This document shows, in pieces, positions 12,771 through 26,115 of a stretch of DNA of 64,000 nucleotides. How positions within the stretch are numbered: the stretch's first letter is position 1; each line of letters starts with the position of its first letter. Position numbers and translations under genes: made by a program. Location of the stretch: positions 22,880,001 to 22,944,000 of the forward strand of contig NC_087437.1 of the NCBI RefSeq assembly GCF_036321535.1, given 5' to 3'. Under the pieces are notes generated by a model. The model saw only the letters and a program-made list of their open reading frames with translations, ran no database searches and had not been told where the DNA came from. This DNA is from Camelus dromedarius. Its lineage: Eukaryota.

Positions 12771-15552
12771 TATCAACTTAATTTTATGTTTGCTTTAACA
12801 TGGAAAAACCATAAAAGTACTTATTCTACCTATAGTAAGTTAACTGTATGTCTAAATTTTGGATAAAATTTTGGTTCTTTTTCTTTTGAAAAGTTATTTG
12901 CCCATAGTCACAAAAATAGGTAGTGGTGGACGTGGGTCTCAACACTGATTTTCTGATTGACTTCAACATTCTAATATACCGTGTTGCAACTTTTAAGAAC
13001 CATAAGAATAGAGTTGAAGGCAAGATCATTAAAATATAAGTGCATGAAACATTCACATGCATTTTCTCAAGTAAGTGGAGGGGAAGATTTGTAAGGGCAA
13101 GGAGAATTAGAGAAATCCCAAATAAGGTACAAGATAAAAAAAAAGAGGATGTCAGGGTTAGTAGAGAGACGGGGAGAAGAGGGCAGAAAGTGAGAGAAAT
13201 AAAAGGGTAAGATCTTTCTCACTTCAACCTCAAAACGCTAGGCTTCTTGTAGATCTATGTAGTATTACTTAGATTACTCTTCCCAACATAAGTTTACTAA
13301 TACATTCTGTCTCTAAGGATCTACCTCAAACTTTCGAGTTTTTTTTTTTTTTCCTTTCACCTTTCTTTATCCTACAGTTAAAATTGTATGTCATGCCTTA
13401 TACCCTAAGTTCTAAGGATGTAGACTTGTAAGAAAGTCTGCCTTGTAAGGTGACAGACCATTAAAATAAGCTCAACAGTTACGCTGTCAGGCTTGGGATT
13501 TTGTTCATTTTAGCTTTCCTTTTCAATGTATATCTCAGGTGTTTAGGTGATTCAGAATATTGAAAGAGGTCACCTCTAGACTGTAAGATGAAGATAGGAC
13601 AAGCAGAAGCAGTGCTCTGTCAATATTTCACTTTAATCCTGGGACAGAGCTAGTGGCCCTCCAATGACATTGAGTGGTTTCACTAATTTTCTATTTTTTT
13701 TTCTTTTTATATTTAAAGACATCGATTATTGGTTTTAGTTTCTTGTAATATGTATTCATTTTTTCTTTTTTAAGCTACCCAAATTACTTAATTATACTTG
13801 TAGTCTCTCCTAAGGATGTCTCAAGTAGGTTATCTTTTCGTTTTTTAAATAATCACTTGGTAATACTGGGTTGTTAGGGAGTGATGAGGAAAACATACCC
13901 ACCCCTAAATGATCTATTTTCTGAGGCTTGCTTTGAAAGGTGTGTTTTCAGTTGTCTAATGATTTTGAGACAACTTCTTTTCAAATATTTGGGGAAGTAG
14001 AATAAGGTTAAGACTTAGGAGAAGTTACAGGAAGATTTTGATCTTATGAAACTAGTTAATGATACTGGTGTACTTGCAGTGATATGAGATGAAGTTTTGT
14101 GGGTAGTTCTTCCCTATCTTCCTCTGAAACTAGTAATTCTCTCTTAAAAAGTCATTTGCTATTGTTAAAGCCAGAAGTGGGAGTCTCAAACACTTAACAC
14201 TCATAAATGCCCCATGGAAAAATAGTGTTTCTCTAATGTCATTTGAGAAAAGGCAGTTAAAAAAGAGAGGAAAGATAGACATCTCTGAACTTTTAAAAAT
14301 GTACACTTAGATGTTTCTAAGGAAGTTTGAATCTCTTCTTTGACACTTGCCAGTTGCTTCCCTGCACAAATTATTTGACATCTATGAGATAGTGTTCACA
14401 TTAAAGAAACAGAATTTCTTCTTTGACTCTTATTACAAGTTTACTGAACAGACGTGTTAATGTATGGGAAAATATTCTGTAAGCTGTGAAGTATATTGTA
14501 AGAACAACTATTGATGGTTTGCTTGGAGACAGAGGAGGCTTCATTCAAGGATTAAATAATTGACTTCTTGCTAACTAGCAGTACACAGCCACTCATGACT
14601 TTTACTTTATAACTTAAGACTCTAAACTAGTTTTAGCAGGAGAAGAGGCAGCAGATATTTTTAGAAAACTTCCTGTGGTTTAGATGAATTGCCAAAGATG
14701 TGATTCAGCATGAGAATTTTAAGTTTCCAGGTTCTTGTGCTTCATAGGATAATAATTTATTATCAGCAGGGGGGGAAATCAAACGTTTGGGGGGAAGGGG
14801 GGTTGTTCAGAAACTTTACTTTTGTCAAATAAATTATCATTTTTAAAACTTAATTTTTGCATCTTTTGAAATATCAAAAATAAAAAAATGTCAGTTACTG
14901 TGATAATTAAGGTGTGGCTATTTGTTTTCAGCTCATGGTCTTATTTAGAATCTTCTTTGTTTTATCTGATCAGAATTAAATGAAACCAGTGTAGTATATG
15001 CAACTAAGTCTCACAGTGCTCAAAAGAGGAAACACAGTGGGGCTAACATGGCAAAATATGCAAGCTTATTAGTAATCCAATGATAAACCACTCATCCCTA
15101 CCCTTCTCATTGGAGGGAACCAGTACCAGGGAAGATGGTAGAGAGTCAGGTGAAGAGTCTTCCTTCTTGGCTTGACAGAACGTGAGTCTAGAGCAAGGAT
15201 TTAGTAAAGGGATAAAGGGTACTAGAAGGCAAAGAGAAATCCTTGGATGGATCCAGACATTTTCTTTGTCCTTTTTGATGCCTATGCTAAATTTCCAAAA
15301 GTAGTATATGAATATATGCCCATAAAAATCACCCCTCTCCCCTTACCCCAATTCTTCTCTCCTTCAAATCAGTAACTGCTGTTTGTGCTGTTTGTGTTGG
15401 GTTGCATTTATGTAAGCATACAGGCAGATTTTTCATGTAAGGGAGATCACACTAACTACATAATTGGTATCATGCTAGTCTTAAACTGGATTTTTTTTTT
15501 TCATGGTAGACCTTAGAGTGTATCAGTTTAAATCTGCTTCATTCTTCTAAAT

Positions 15553-15767
15553 GAGGAGTTGGCAAACATTTTCTTTGAAAACCAGGCAGTGAATGTTCTA
15601 GACTTTACAGGCCACACGGTCTTTGTTGCAGTTCCTGAACTCTGCCTTTGTATAGCACAAAATTAGCCATAGCCAGTACAAAACCTCTGAGCATGGTTGT
15701 GTTCCAGTAGAGCTTTATTTGCATAAACAGGCAAAGTTTGGCCAATGGGTCAGTTTGCCAACCCCTG
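15553..15767 (-). mobile_element. MER58A-like hAT-Charlie MITE
   Basis: TIRs gaggagttggcaaac and gtttgccaacccctg. Perfect 8-bp TSD ttctaaat at 15545-15552 and 15768-15775. Confidence 0.88.
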
Positions 15768-15779
15768 TTCTAAATTACT

Positions 15780-16755
15780 ACATAGTATTTCTGCATAAAA
15801 ATAACCATACTTTAATTATTTCTGTAGTTAATTGTCTCCAGTTTTCCACTATTAAACACTGCTGTTTTGAATATCTCTATATAAATAACGCTGTACATGT
15901 AGGAATACATCTGTAGGAAGTGAAATAGCCAGGTCAAAGGTGTGCACATTTAAATATGTAAATATAGCTTCCAAACTCTCCAAAGACTTACCAATTTATA
16001 CTCCCCAAAACAGCATCTGAGAATGGGCTTCTTACTGCCTGCCACCATTATTATATGTTTTTATTTTTACCAATATTTTATGTGCAGAATATTTGCCTCA
16101 TTTCTAATAATTAGTTGATGAAGCTTGAGAGAACTAATAACATCCCCTTACCTTCCTGCCTGATTTAGAGTAAGTTGAGAGGCAGATTCAGGAATCATGA
16201 AGATGGAGAATATCACCTATGGTACTGAGAAAGCTGTTGGGCAGCATAGCCTATATCCATGGTAACAATCGTTTTCTGAATACTGTATCCTAGAATTCAT
16301 CTTCCCTGCTTTTATCACAGGCAGAGTTGGGAAAGGGCAGTCCTGCCATTAGTAGTCTCTCCTTAGAAATCATCTGTGGAGAAGCAGAGAATTTGCGACT
16401 CATAATACAGTCATATCCCATGAGGAAAGAGAAAGTGTGTGAACCGCACACATCCAGTTCCCTTTCCCAAACTCACCAGTTAGATGAGTCACTGAGGAAG
16501 GGGAGGAGACAGATCAGGAGTGCCACTCTCAGGCAGTCTTTCCACCTGGAGACAGGAGTAGAAAGTCAATGTCTTCCCCTGACACTCCAGCTCGTTTTTG
16601 TGAGGTTGACCATCTTTCCAATAAGTTTGATGACCATTTAATTTTTTTGTGAACTGTTTGCCCTTATCCTTTGCCCATTTTTAAAAGCTGGTTTATCATT
16701 TTTTTATTGATTCGTAGAAGTGCTTAATCTTTTTAAGGATATTAATCTTTGTTGC
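15780..16755 (-). mobile_element. Ancient L1M ORF2-end fragment, interrupted at ~16119-16600
   Basis: Motifs gaagtgaaatagccaggtcaaagg, ccaatttatactccc and tcctttgcccatttt. Confidence 0.55.
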
Positions 16756-16760
16756 AATTA

Positions 16761-17484
16761 CTGCATTTATTAAATCTAAGGTGCCATTGCTTGTAAGATA
16801 CCATTGCTTTATATACTCCTAAGGGGAGGGAGGTTAAAAACAAAACAAAAACCCCTATTAGTTAAGCCATGTCATAGTGAGTCTTATCACTTGAAATTTT
16901 TATTTTATATGTACTGAAAGAGCTTGTTTAGACTTTTTTGAGTATATACTTAAAAGGAAAAACATAAGCAAAATAGATTGGCTAGGGTATTTGCAAAACA
17001 TGTTCAGAATTCATCCACTGTCTTGACTCACTTCTCTCTTCAGAGCCCTCACTGTACATGTTTTCCCACACTATGTCATCCTCTCTGTCATCAAGAACAT
17101 GTAGCCCCATTTCTCCAAAGAGTGCTTCGGTGCTGCTGCCAAGATTTTTTTTTACAAGCCATAGCCACCAATTCTTTAAGTTTTGATGCTGGCACTTTCT
17201 TGAACTTACCAGTAAATGTAACAAGGTTTTGGACAAAAAAACTAGAGCTCATATTTTTCTCTTTAAATGGTTCTTGAATTGTATGTTGACTGAAGTGTTG
17301 AGGGATTACACCTTTCCAATAATAATGGGAATATCAGCCAAAGTTGAACACGTGCAGGCAATGCCTCCACTTCACAACTGCAGCCTGGCAGACAGTAAAT
17401 GTAAGACAATGATGGTGAAACAAATGTTGGTTTCAGGTATGTTAAAATTTGAAGAAATGTTTATGTTATCATTGATGAATTAGA
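16761..17484. mobile_element. TcMar-Tigger remnant (Tigger13a-like)
   Basis: Preceded by TA. Starts ctgcatttattaaatctaagg..ccattgcttgtaaga, with a degenerate complementary end. Length ~720 bp. Confidence 0.5.
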
Positions 17485-17514
17485 GTGCCTTTTTCCAATG
17501 TGTTGTTCTTCTTT

Positions 17515-18096
17515 TCTTTTTTTATGGTAAATATATAAAACACAATTTGTCATTTAACTATTTTTAAGTGTACAACTCAGTGGTATTAATTACATTCACA
17601 ATATTGTGCAACCACCATCACTATCTATTTCCATCACCCCAAGCAAAACTCGGTACACATTTAATAATAGCTCCCCACTACTCCTTTCCCCAGTCCCAGG
17701 TTATTTCTAATTTACTTTCAGTCTCTATGAATTTGCCTATTCTAGATATTTTATATAGGAGGAGTCATACATTTGTCTGTTTGTGTCTAGCTTCTTTCAC
17801 TTAGCATAATGTTTCCAAGATCCATGCTGTAGCATGTACCAGAATTTAATTCCTTATTATGGCTGAAAAATGTTCTATTTCATGTCTATACCAGATTCTG
17901 TTCATCCATTCATTTCTTGATGGATACTTGGATTATTTCTATCTCTTGGCTATTGTGAATAATGCTGAAGTGAACATTGGCATAGAGGAGTCCATTTGAG
18001 TCCCTGTTTTCAATTTTATGGGGTATATACCTGGGAGTGGAATTGCTGGGTTACATGGGAATTTTATTTTTAACTTTTTCAGAAATCTCCAAACTG
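17515..18096 (-). mobile_element. L1MA/MB 3' end
   Basis: tttaagtgtacaactcagtggtatt..ttgtgcaaccaccatcactatct; gtctctatgaatttgcctattctagata; ggagtggaattgctgggt. Confidence 0.85.
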
Positions 18097-18499
18097 TCAC
18101 ACATCCTTTAACTCTAACATCTGATTGACACCATGGAGAATAAATAGAAAGTTATGCATTGGGAAGGATGCAGCAATGGCTGTGAAGGAACTGGGAGCAA
18201 AGCATCTGGCAACAGTGTCCACACAGCTGTATGTCATTAAGTGCAAGAGCGGCCAGAGGTTCTTTAATTGTATCTTTAGAAACAAAGAGATTAGCCGTTG
18301 TAAATTAATCTAAGGAGTAAACTATGCCCAGAGTAACTGAACAATTCTATCTTATTAGAGTCTGGGATAGGAAATGGAAAGAGCTAAAAGACTCTGCCTG
18401 AAAAAAGGAGACAGACAGAAACCACAGAGATGACCTGGGGTTTGGAGAGGGAAGAAACTAGCAGAAGGAGACAGGGAGAGAGAAGGAGCAGTTGATTTA

Positions 18500-18730
18500 G
18501 GTCTACTGACATCATTTTAAATACCACTCCACCTGAGTACACACAAAGTGACAGGCATTGTGCTTCACATTTTATATCCAATCTATGAAGCAAGATAGAT
18601 ATGCTATTTCCATTTTATATGGTTAAATGCCAGGTTAACTGGTTAAACGGAGGTTAAATGCCAGCCCAAGGCCGTAGAGCTAGTGAACTGCAAAGATGGA
18701 ATCCAAATACAGGGCTCTGCTTCTAGATAA
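18500..18730 (-). mobile_element. MIR SINE
   Basis: atttccattttata..ggaggttaa..gcccaagg..agctagtgaa matches a reversed MIR core. Confidence 0.55.
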
Positions 18731-20376
18731 CCTGCCACCTCCACCCCCATCCTGCAGTCCTTTTCACTGTGCCACTCTGGCCCTAAGAGTTTCACGTTTG
18801 AAATTCTTTAACCATCACTTCCCCATCTCCATAGTCAGAAAGAGGGTGCCCCCTCATCGTTGCAGGCTTGCTTTGCCCTTCCTGGGACTGGCTGTTGTTC
18901 TGTTGTGATCCTGCCCGGAGCTCTGCAGCTCCTTCAGTGTGTCTGGTATCTGGCTAATGAGGTACAAAGCTTTGTTCCCAAACTCTTAAACCATCCCTTG
19001 TGCTGCTGGTATGAATTTTCTTTTTTCTAACTTCCTCTGTCTACCTTGTGCATACTTCAGCATCAAAGTCCTGGCTCTTGCTGCATAGCGGGGCCTCCTA
19101 TTTTCATAGGAGAGAAAAAAGGTAGCTTATGGGGTTGCCTTTCTAAAGTGTACCCATCCACATGCCCTATCTCTGCCCTCTGAGCAGACGCTTTCTCTAT
19201 TTCCTATTTATTTACTTATTATTATATTTTAATTTTTATTTCAAATATTTTCTCTCCTAAGAGCCATATGAAGGGATCTTATTCCCCCAGGATTGCAATT
19301 GCCACTGCAGGGATTCTAAGATCTGTTTGTTACAGTTTCTCTTTCCTGTTACTCTGAGACTTATATTTGCACAGAGCACACATGTCATACTATGATGATA
19401 CTATGACATACACATGTCATAATATGATGATAAAATGATTGTCATAATAACATTCTCCAAAACATAGTTTCCTCTCACTGACTTCCTGCTCAAGAACTTG
19501 CACTTATTTTCTGTTGTCCCAAATTTACTCTCAGTTGTCCCCCCAAGGCCATTAGAGGCCAGGAGCACCAAGGGCAGGAGCACTATTGAGGAGCCTGGAT
19601 TGAGTGAAGGGGCTTCAGGGCATAGAGAAAACACTTCAGAGAGAGAGAGCTAACTCAACCCCCAAGCAGAAATATTGGGTGATATTCCAGAGAATTAGAA
19701 AAGCTAGACAGCTCCTTAAAGGATTAATTGAAAAAGGATGGTCCATCTATTCAGTGAAATACTATGATACTTTCTGGCACTTAAAATGATAATGCAGATA
19801 CATATTTATTCACATGGAAGTGGGTGAATCCAGGTTTTGCGGGTATTAAAATTTACAGTTTAGAGTACTTAAGAAGAAAATAGATTCAGATACCTGGAAA
19901 GGGTCTATGCTTATATGGGGCTTTATAGTTTAAGCGTCACAAATATACTTTGTGGGGAAAGTGGGTTTCTGAACAGCATGTAAAACTTTGTTCTTATTTC
20001 AGAAGAGACTAGTGGGCTATGCAGAGAGCTGCTAGGAGTGGTTATCTGTTCTGTTTTTATTTGTGGCATATTTTCATTTTGCATCTCTGCAATGTGATTA
20101 TATATGTGTCTATATGTATATGTGTATGTGTGTGAATTTCAAATGTATATGTATAGGTGTATATGTATAGGTATATATTTGTTTTTAAATATATATATTT
20201 TTTGCTTTTCACTTATGGGTCAATGGGTCATCCAGACTCCTTCAGTCCAAAGGGCTAGACAGATTAAGAGACTCCAGGTCCAAAGTCATAGGAAAGTTTG
20301 GAAAGCAGACGTAAGTAAGGTTTGAACCAGAGAACAAGAGAGTAGAAGAATTCTTTAACAGTTGGTTGCCAGGTTT

Positions 20377-21780
20377 GTTTTTTAATAAGCTTTTTTATTA
20401 AGCTTTTTACAGTTACAGAAAAGTTGCAAAGATAACAAAAAGAGTTCCTGTATAACCCTCACCTGGTTTCCCCTATCTTTTGCATCTTTCATTATAATGG
20501 CAAATTTGTCACAACTAAGGACCCAACATTGGTACACTGTTAACTCGATTCCATACTTTATTTGGACTTCACTGGTTTTTGCCTGATGTCCTTTTTCTGT
20601 TCCAGGATGTCACATTACATTAACCCTCATGTTTCCCTAGCCTCTAGTCTATGACAATTTCCCAAACTTTCCTTGATTTTAACAACCTTGACAGTTTTGA
20701 GGGGTACTGCCTGAGGTTATTCTCATGGCTAGACTGGGGTTATGCGATTTGGGAGGGTGATTACACATGTGAAGTGCCATTCTCACTACATCAAGGTTCA
20801 TGTAAATACCAAGGGTTCATGTAAATACCAAGGGTTCATGTTACCAGATGACTTATCACTGATGATGTTAACCTTGATGTCCTGCCTGAGATAGTTTTTG
20901 CCAGATTTTTCCACTGTAAAGCTGCTGTTTTCCCCTTTCCTATTCTTTTTTGGAATCAAGTCACTAAGCACAGCCCACACTTGAGGCATGAGAAGTTAAG
21001 CTGCATCTTTCAGAGGAGGTGTGTCTACATAAACTATTTGGAATTCTTTTGTATGAGAGATTTGTCTCTTCTCCCCTGTTTATTTATTTATTCAATCATT
21101 TATTTATATCAGTACAGACTCATGGATATTTATTTTATATTTTGGGTTATAACCCAATACCGTATTATTTATTTTATTGCTTCTATTGTTTCAGCTTTGG
21201 TCATTGGGAACTCTTCAGATTGGTCTTGTGTCCTTGTGACATGACCACATGGGTTATTTTTTCAGTATTTTCTTACTTTCTGACACTACAAAACACTCCA
21301 GGTTCACTTTGTATATTCTCTGTTCCAGCCCTAGAATTAGCCATTTCTCCAAAGAGCACTGGTTCCTTAATTGGAGAATGGCACAGAAAGCAACATGTGG
21401 GCCCTTGGTGTGCTTGTTGCTATGAGAATTCCATTGTTTCTAAGCCTTTTCAGTGAACAGAGGTAGGAAATACATGTACGTGTATTAACACACACATACA
21501 CATATGTATACACACATATCTATGGTTATTCATGTATTTATCGGTCTGTATATTAAGCTAAACATGAGTTCACATTGATGTCTCCAAACTTAGTCCAGGC
21601 CCATAAGGTTCATTCTAGCTTCACCCTCTTATTTGTAGCCTCTTCCTCTAAGAAACCTGGGTTGGGAGAAATCTGGCTCCCATCATGTCATGCCTTTACT
21701 TTTTTGTTCAGTCTCGGTATACATGTACAGTAGTTTCAGAGTTGTTAACCCATGCCTCACAGGAAGCAACTTTATCAATC
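20377..21780 (-). mobile_element. L1MC/MD-type 3' UTR
   Basis: acagaaaagttgcaaagata..gagttcctgtata; ccttgacagttttgagg; ccctagaattagccatttctccaaaga. Confidence 0.8.
20792..20841. repeat. Tandem repeat, 19-bp unit caagggttcatgtaaatac x ~2.7
   Basis: Read directly from the sequence. Confidence 0.9.
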
Positions 21781-21821
21781 CAAGTACAGTAGTCTGAGTG
21801 AGGAAAATGCATTAAAGACAT

Positions 21822-22771
21822 TATGGAGGATAAGCCCTCCATCTTGTACACAAAGTCCTTTTCTCCTCCTCCCCTTAAGAGATAGATTCTGCTTCCCTAC
21901 TCCTTGAATCTGGGACTGGCTTTGGCTGGTAGAATGTAGCAGGGTGGTGTGACTTGGAGCCCAGGCCCCAAGAGGTCTCACAGTTTTTGCTTTTGCCCTC
22001 CTGGCCCACTGCTGTTGTTCCATGAGGGAGCCTGAGAACACCACCTGGAGACACATGACTCAGCTGACAGGCAGTACCCACTGCCAGATAGGTCTGTGAA
22101 ATAAATTTTACGGCAAGACAAGAAAAATTTAAATGTAAAACATTCTCTCTGCCCCTTGGCCTCCTCTCTGCCCCCTTGTGCATTGTGTATCCACAATGTG
22201 CAGCAACTAAATGTCCCCCATTGGCAGAAATACCTGCTCAACCATAAAGAGCAACATTCTCCGAGCATCAACGAGACAACTCCTTAAAAAATAGCATTCC
22301 TTCTTGATCTTGTAAGGGGCTACCATGACACTTAGTTCTGAATTATGTAAACTTTCGATAATATGTCATTTATCGTACAGTCCTCTGTCTCCAAAATCAT
22401 GTATAACTGCCCCTTGACATCTAATGGGTGGAACAAGTCTCAGGGTTTTCTGAGATGCTATTCCCAGGTTATAATCCACAATTTGGCTGGAGTAAAATTT
22501 TCCATATCTTTCTTAGATGGACTGATTAATTTTTTGTTAACATATCCATGAGGTCATCATGGACCATCCTGTTCTGAGGTGAGCTGCCTAATACCTGCAG
22601 CCACATGAGTGACCTGGCAAAAGCAACAGAAAAGCTGCTCAGCTGAGCCCAGCCTAATTCCGTGACTCACTGAATCATAAGCACATAAAATGGTGGTTGA
22701 TTTAGGCTTATTTATTTAAGGTCATTAAATTATGGAGTATTTTTTTAAAGTAGTAATAGACAAATGATCCA
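21822..22771 (+). mobile_element. MLT1 (ERVL-MaLR) LTR split by a younger LTR
   Basis: ccttgaatctgggactggc; cagctgacaggcag..cactgccagata; gctgagcccagcctaatt; ends aatagacaaatgatcca. Confidence 0.7.
22095..22542 (+). mobile_element. Solo ERV1-class LTR (448 bp, TG...CA)
   Basis: tgtgaaat...gttaaca termini. Clearly homologous to the inverted copy at 52920-53388. Confidence 0.8.
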
Positions 22772-22860
22772 AGCACTGATGCAACCTATGCATTTTGTAA
22801 CATTCAAGGAGGTTCTATACCTTACCCCACCTAAGTTTTTAGACTGTTAGCAGTAGGCTA

Positions 22861-23325
22861 TGCCAACTGAAAGAAAAATGTGCAATATAAAAGTTGTGAG
22901 TTAAGTTTTATTCAGGGATCTTACTGAGGACTATAGCCTGGGAGACAGCATCTCAGATAACTCTGGGGAACTGTCCTGAAGAGGTAAGCGAGGAGCCAGG
23001 ATGAATATATACATTTTTTTTAACTGGAAAAAAAAACATATAGTCAAATATCAAGAGATTACTGCTAATTACAAAGAACAGATGCCTCAAGTTAATGATT
23101 TTGGTGCTTTTCCAGTATGGGAAGATACAAGAATCTGGAGTCACTGAAATTTTTCCTTAAATATATGTCTTAACTATCTAGGGGCCTGTGTATCCAAAGC
23201 ACAGAATGCTTCCTGTTTTTCTCCATCCTGAATCCCTCTCAGGGTGCACTATTGATGGGTGACTGCAGTGGCTAATGACTTGATCCTTGAAGAATGGTTA
23301 TGCAGGCAACGTTTTTTTCTTTATA
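22861..23325 (-). mobile_element. Solo ERV1-class LTR, MER41-like (465 bp)
   Basis: Perfect 4-bp TSD gcta at 22857-22860 and 23326-23329. Reverse-strand AATAAA at ~22907. MER41-type motifs tatagcctgggagacagc and tcaagttaatga. Confidence 0.75.
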
Positions 23326-24089
23326 GCTATATCAGATCTGCCAACTTTAATCACTGTAGGTCACATGATAAACAGCAATACTGTTTCTATAAATAAATAT
23401 TATGAACCAAGCCATTGATTTTGCATTTCTCCATCATACATAATTTTCATAAATATTCCTGATGCTGGATCTTTAGAACATCAAAAGATAGCTAGAGGTT
23501 CCATTTGTGTAAGTAAATGGCCAGTCAGAGCTTCCATCTCACAGCATCTCCTCAACCATCATAGCTTCTCTGCTGTTTTTTTGTACACTGATTTTTAACT
23601 TCTGGATCCAACTTTAAAATTGAAAGCTTTCCACACTTCCTGAATATGCCCATCCTTTCTGTTCTTTCTTACCTCAATTTGTATATAGATGATGATGATG
23701 GTGATTCCAATTTTACATATAATGCTTTTGCTATTTTTCTCCAGCATCAGCCTGGCCAGTTGGGACCTGCTAGGTCAGATCAGCTAGGACACTGCTGATA
23801 CAGAGCTTCTCAGAAAGGTCTGCTCTCCAGTCTTGGAGGTTTCCCCATGCTGCTCAGAGCATATTATCTAACACGTAAACTGATACCCTCTGAGAAGGAA
23901 CATCAAAAGGCAGGCAGTACCTGGATTGTAGACAACAATTAAACACATGATAAGGCAGCCATAGAAAGAAATGGGTGTGCCAATCTTTAGTAGAAGTAAT
24001 TGAATCAAGGGATTACAGCAGAGACCTTAAAAATCTCATAATGAATTCTCACTTTATAGAATCTAGAAAGGGGTATTAGCGGTTTTGTC

Positions 24090-24275
24090 CAGTAGTTTTT
24101 GAAACTGTAACAAGCAGAGATAGACTATTTGCAAACAAAATCCCCTAGAGATCTTGATGGACAGGGCAGATAAATGGTAGACCCACTCTGACTGCTGTAC
24201 CCATCACCTGTGCCAGCCTCAGGGTGGCCCAAAAGAGGCACTTCCTCCAAACCCAATTACTTTGGAAAACACTGT
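24090..24275. mobile_element. Old hAT MITE (MER117-like)
   Basis: Degenerate TIRs cagtagtttttgaaact and tttggaaaacactg. Confidence 0.4.
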
Positions 24276-24557
24276 CAAAAAATTATTCATCAAATCTGAA
24301 TTCTTCATTTGATACATGAGAAATTATACCAGGAGTGGTTAAGGTCACTAGAAGGCAGGAGGAGGGGGCACAGTTGTTGGCAATATTTTGCCCAGAAACT
24401 GGTCTCCTGCCCCAGTTTGGGTCTTCTTTCATTACACATCCTACTTCACTTTTGATCACTTCCCACTCAACACTCTCATAATTTAAGTCCATATCACCAA
24501 TATTTGTGAATCTCTTACTCATACTGTTTTGTTAAGATTTATTTAAAATGGATGTGG

Positions 24558-24610
24558 TTTTTAATATTCATCATCCGTGATGATGATGGTAGGATGATGA
24601 ATATTAAAAA
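24558..24610. repeat. Perfect 19-bp inverted repeat with a 15-nt loop
   Basis: tttttaatattcatcatcc (24558-24576) and ggatgatgaatattaaaaa (24592-24610). Confidence 0.95.
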
Positions 24611-26115
24611 GGAGTAGAAAATAAAATAAATGCATGAGGCAATACTTTTTTAAAAAAAAAGAATTCATCTCATTTTTAATGGTAACCACAATAGAAATTT
24701 AAGGTAAAAAGTTATGGAAGCATCTTTAAATTTCTCTCTTGATTCTAGTTTTTTTCTTAGGATGCACCCTTTTCTCAAGTACAGATATTTCAGTCTGATT
24801 TTGAGAAAATGATCTGTTCACTCTTAACCGAATTTATAAAACTAAGTTCTGAATTATAAGTGTGCTGTTACCATCTCTAAAGTTTAGATGAATCTTGGCA
24901 ATCATGGGGAAAACTGTTTAGCTCTCAAAATCTTTAGCAGTGCTTTTGTGGTTCTGACAAGCTGTCCAGACTGTCAAAAACATACCTAGGTAATGCAGTC
25001 CCTGAAGAAAAATTTATTTATGTCATACCTTTGGATGAAGAAACCCCTTAAGAAAACAGTTCAGTAGTTTGGATCCCACTTGAAATTCCTAACACTTCTT
25101 TCCCCATAGTATTTTCACTAAACTAGCACTAACTGTTTTAATTCAGAAGCATTTACTTACTGCCTTTTTTGTGCATTCTATAGGGATAAAGGAATGATTT
25201 AAAAAAAAAAAACAGTGAATTCAAGCCATCAGTTTTTTATTTACCCTTCATGTCTGGTTTTAATAAAAATTCTAAACCTGAGTTTTGAGAACTGCTAAAA
25301 GTAATGTTCATATCTGTTTGGTGTTTCCTTTTAAAATACTCTCAAGTCACATGTTAGGAAATGGCCCATCAGATGAGATTAGCTTTTAAGTTTACATGCC
25401 ACCTCAGGTTATATTTAGGGCTCCTGGCAAAGAATTTTATGGGTCTGCAGATCTTTCAACTTTGTTCAAGTTTTTGGCAAGATTTTTTTCTTGTGTGTGA
25501 TATTTGTTTCCTCTTGGCAAGTTTCTGACAACTCGATGCTCTTAAAAATGTATGTCTGTGATGTGATCTTGCCTTGCACTGTTTTATTTTTTGACACTAA
25601 AATGTTAGCTTGTACCAGGCCTTGAGCTCAACAAAATATATGTTCATATGTGTTGCCACATTTTAAGAGGTTGTCCTTTCTTTGGAGGGCATTTCTATTT
25701 GTGGATGAATGTACCTAGAGTTACATATATGAGATACTGGAAAAAGAAGAGCTGTGGCCAGGGGAACTCATCCTTCACCTACTCGCCACCTGTCTTCAGC
25801 AAGACCAGGAAGAAATGCTGCAACAGTTTTCAGCCTGACTGTTTCCAAATAAGAGACTGTTGAAAAATTTAAAGCAGCAAAAAGCTTAATCTGAAAAAGT
25901 AGGATACATTCATTGTTTTTTTTTTTTTTTTCCGGAAGAAAAGACACAAATCTATTCATTCCTCAAGGGCGTTTTTTAGTACATTTCAATAATTGACTGT
26001 CCTTGGGTAGTCTACATAATTTATCACCCATTTCCCAGAGCCCTTTTAGTCCAAGGAGTAACAGGACCTTATCCTTCGTAAGACATTCATGATTCATGAC
26101 TAAAGAATAAAGAAC

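Noticed and set aside
20792..20841. CRISPR-like direct repeats
   Set aside because: No spacers, eukaryotic context and located inside an L1; it is an ordinary tandem duplication.
21019..21456. 145-aa ORF
   Set aside because: Lies within an antisense L1 3' UTR and has low-complexity composition.
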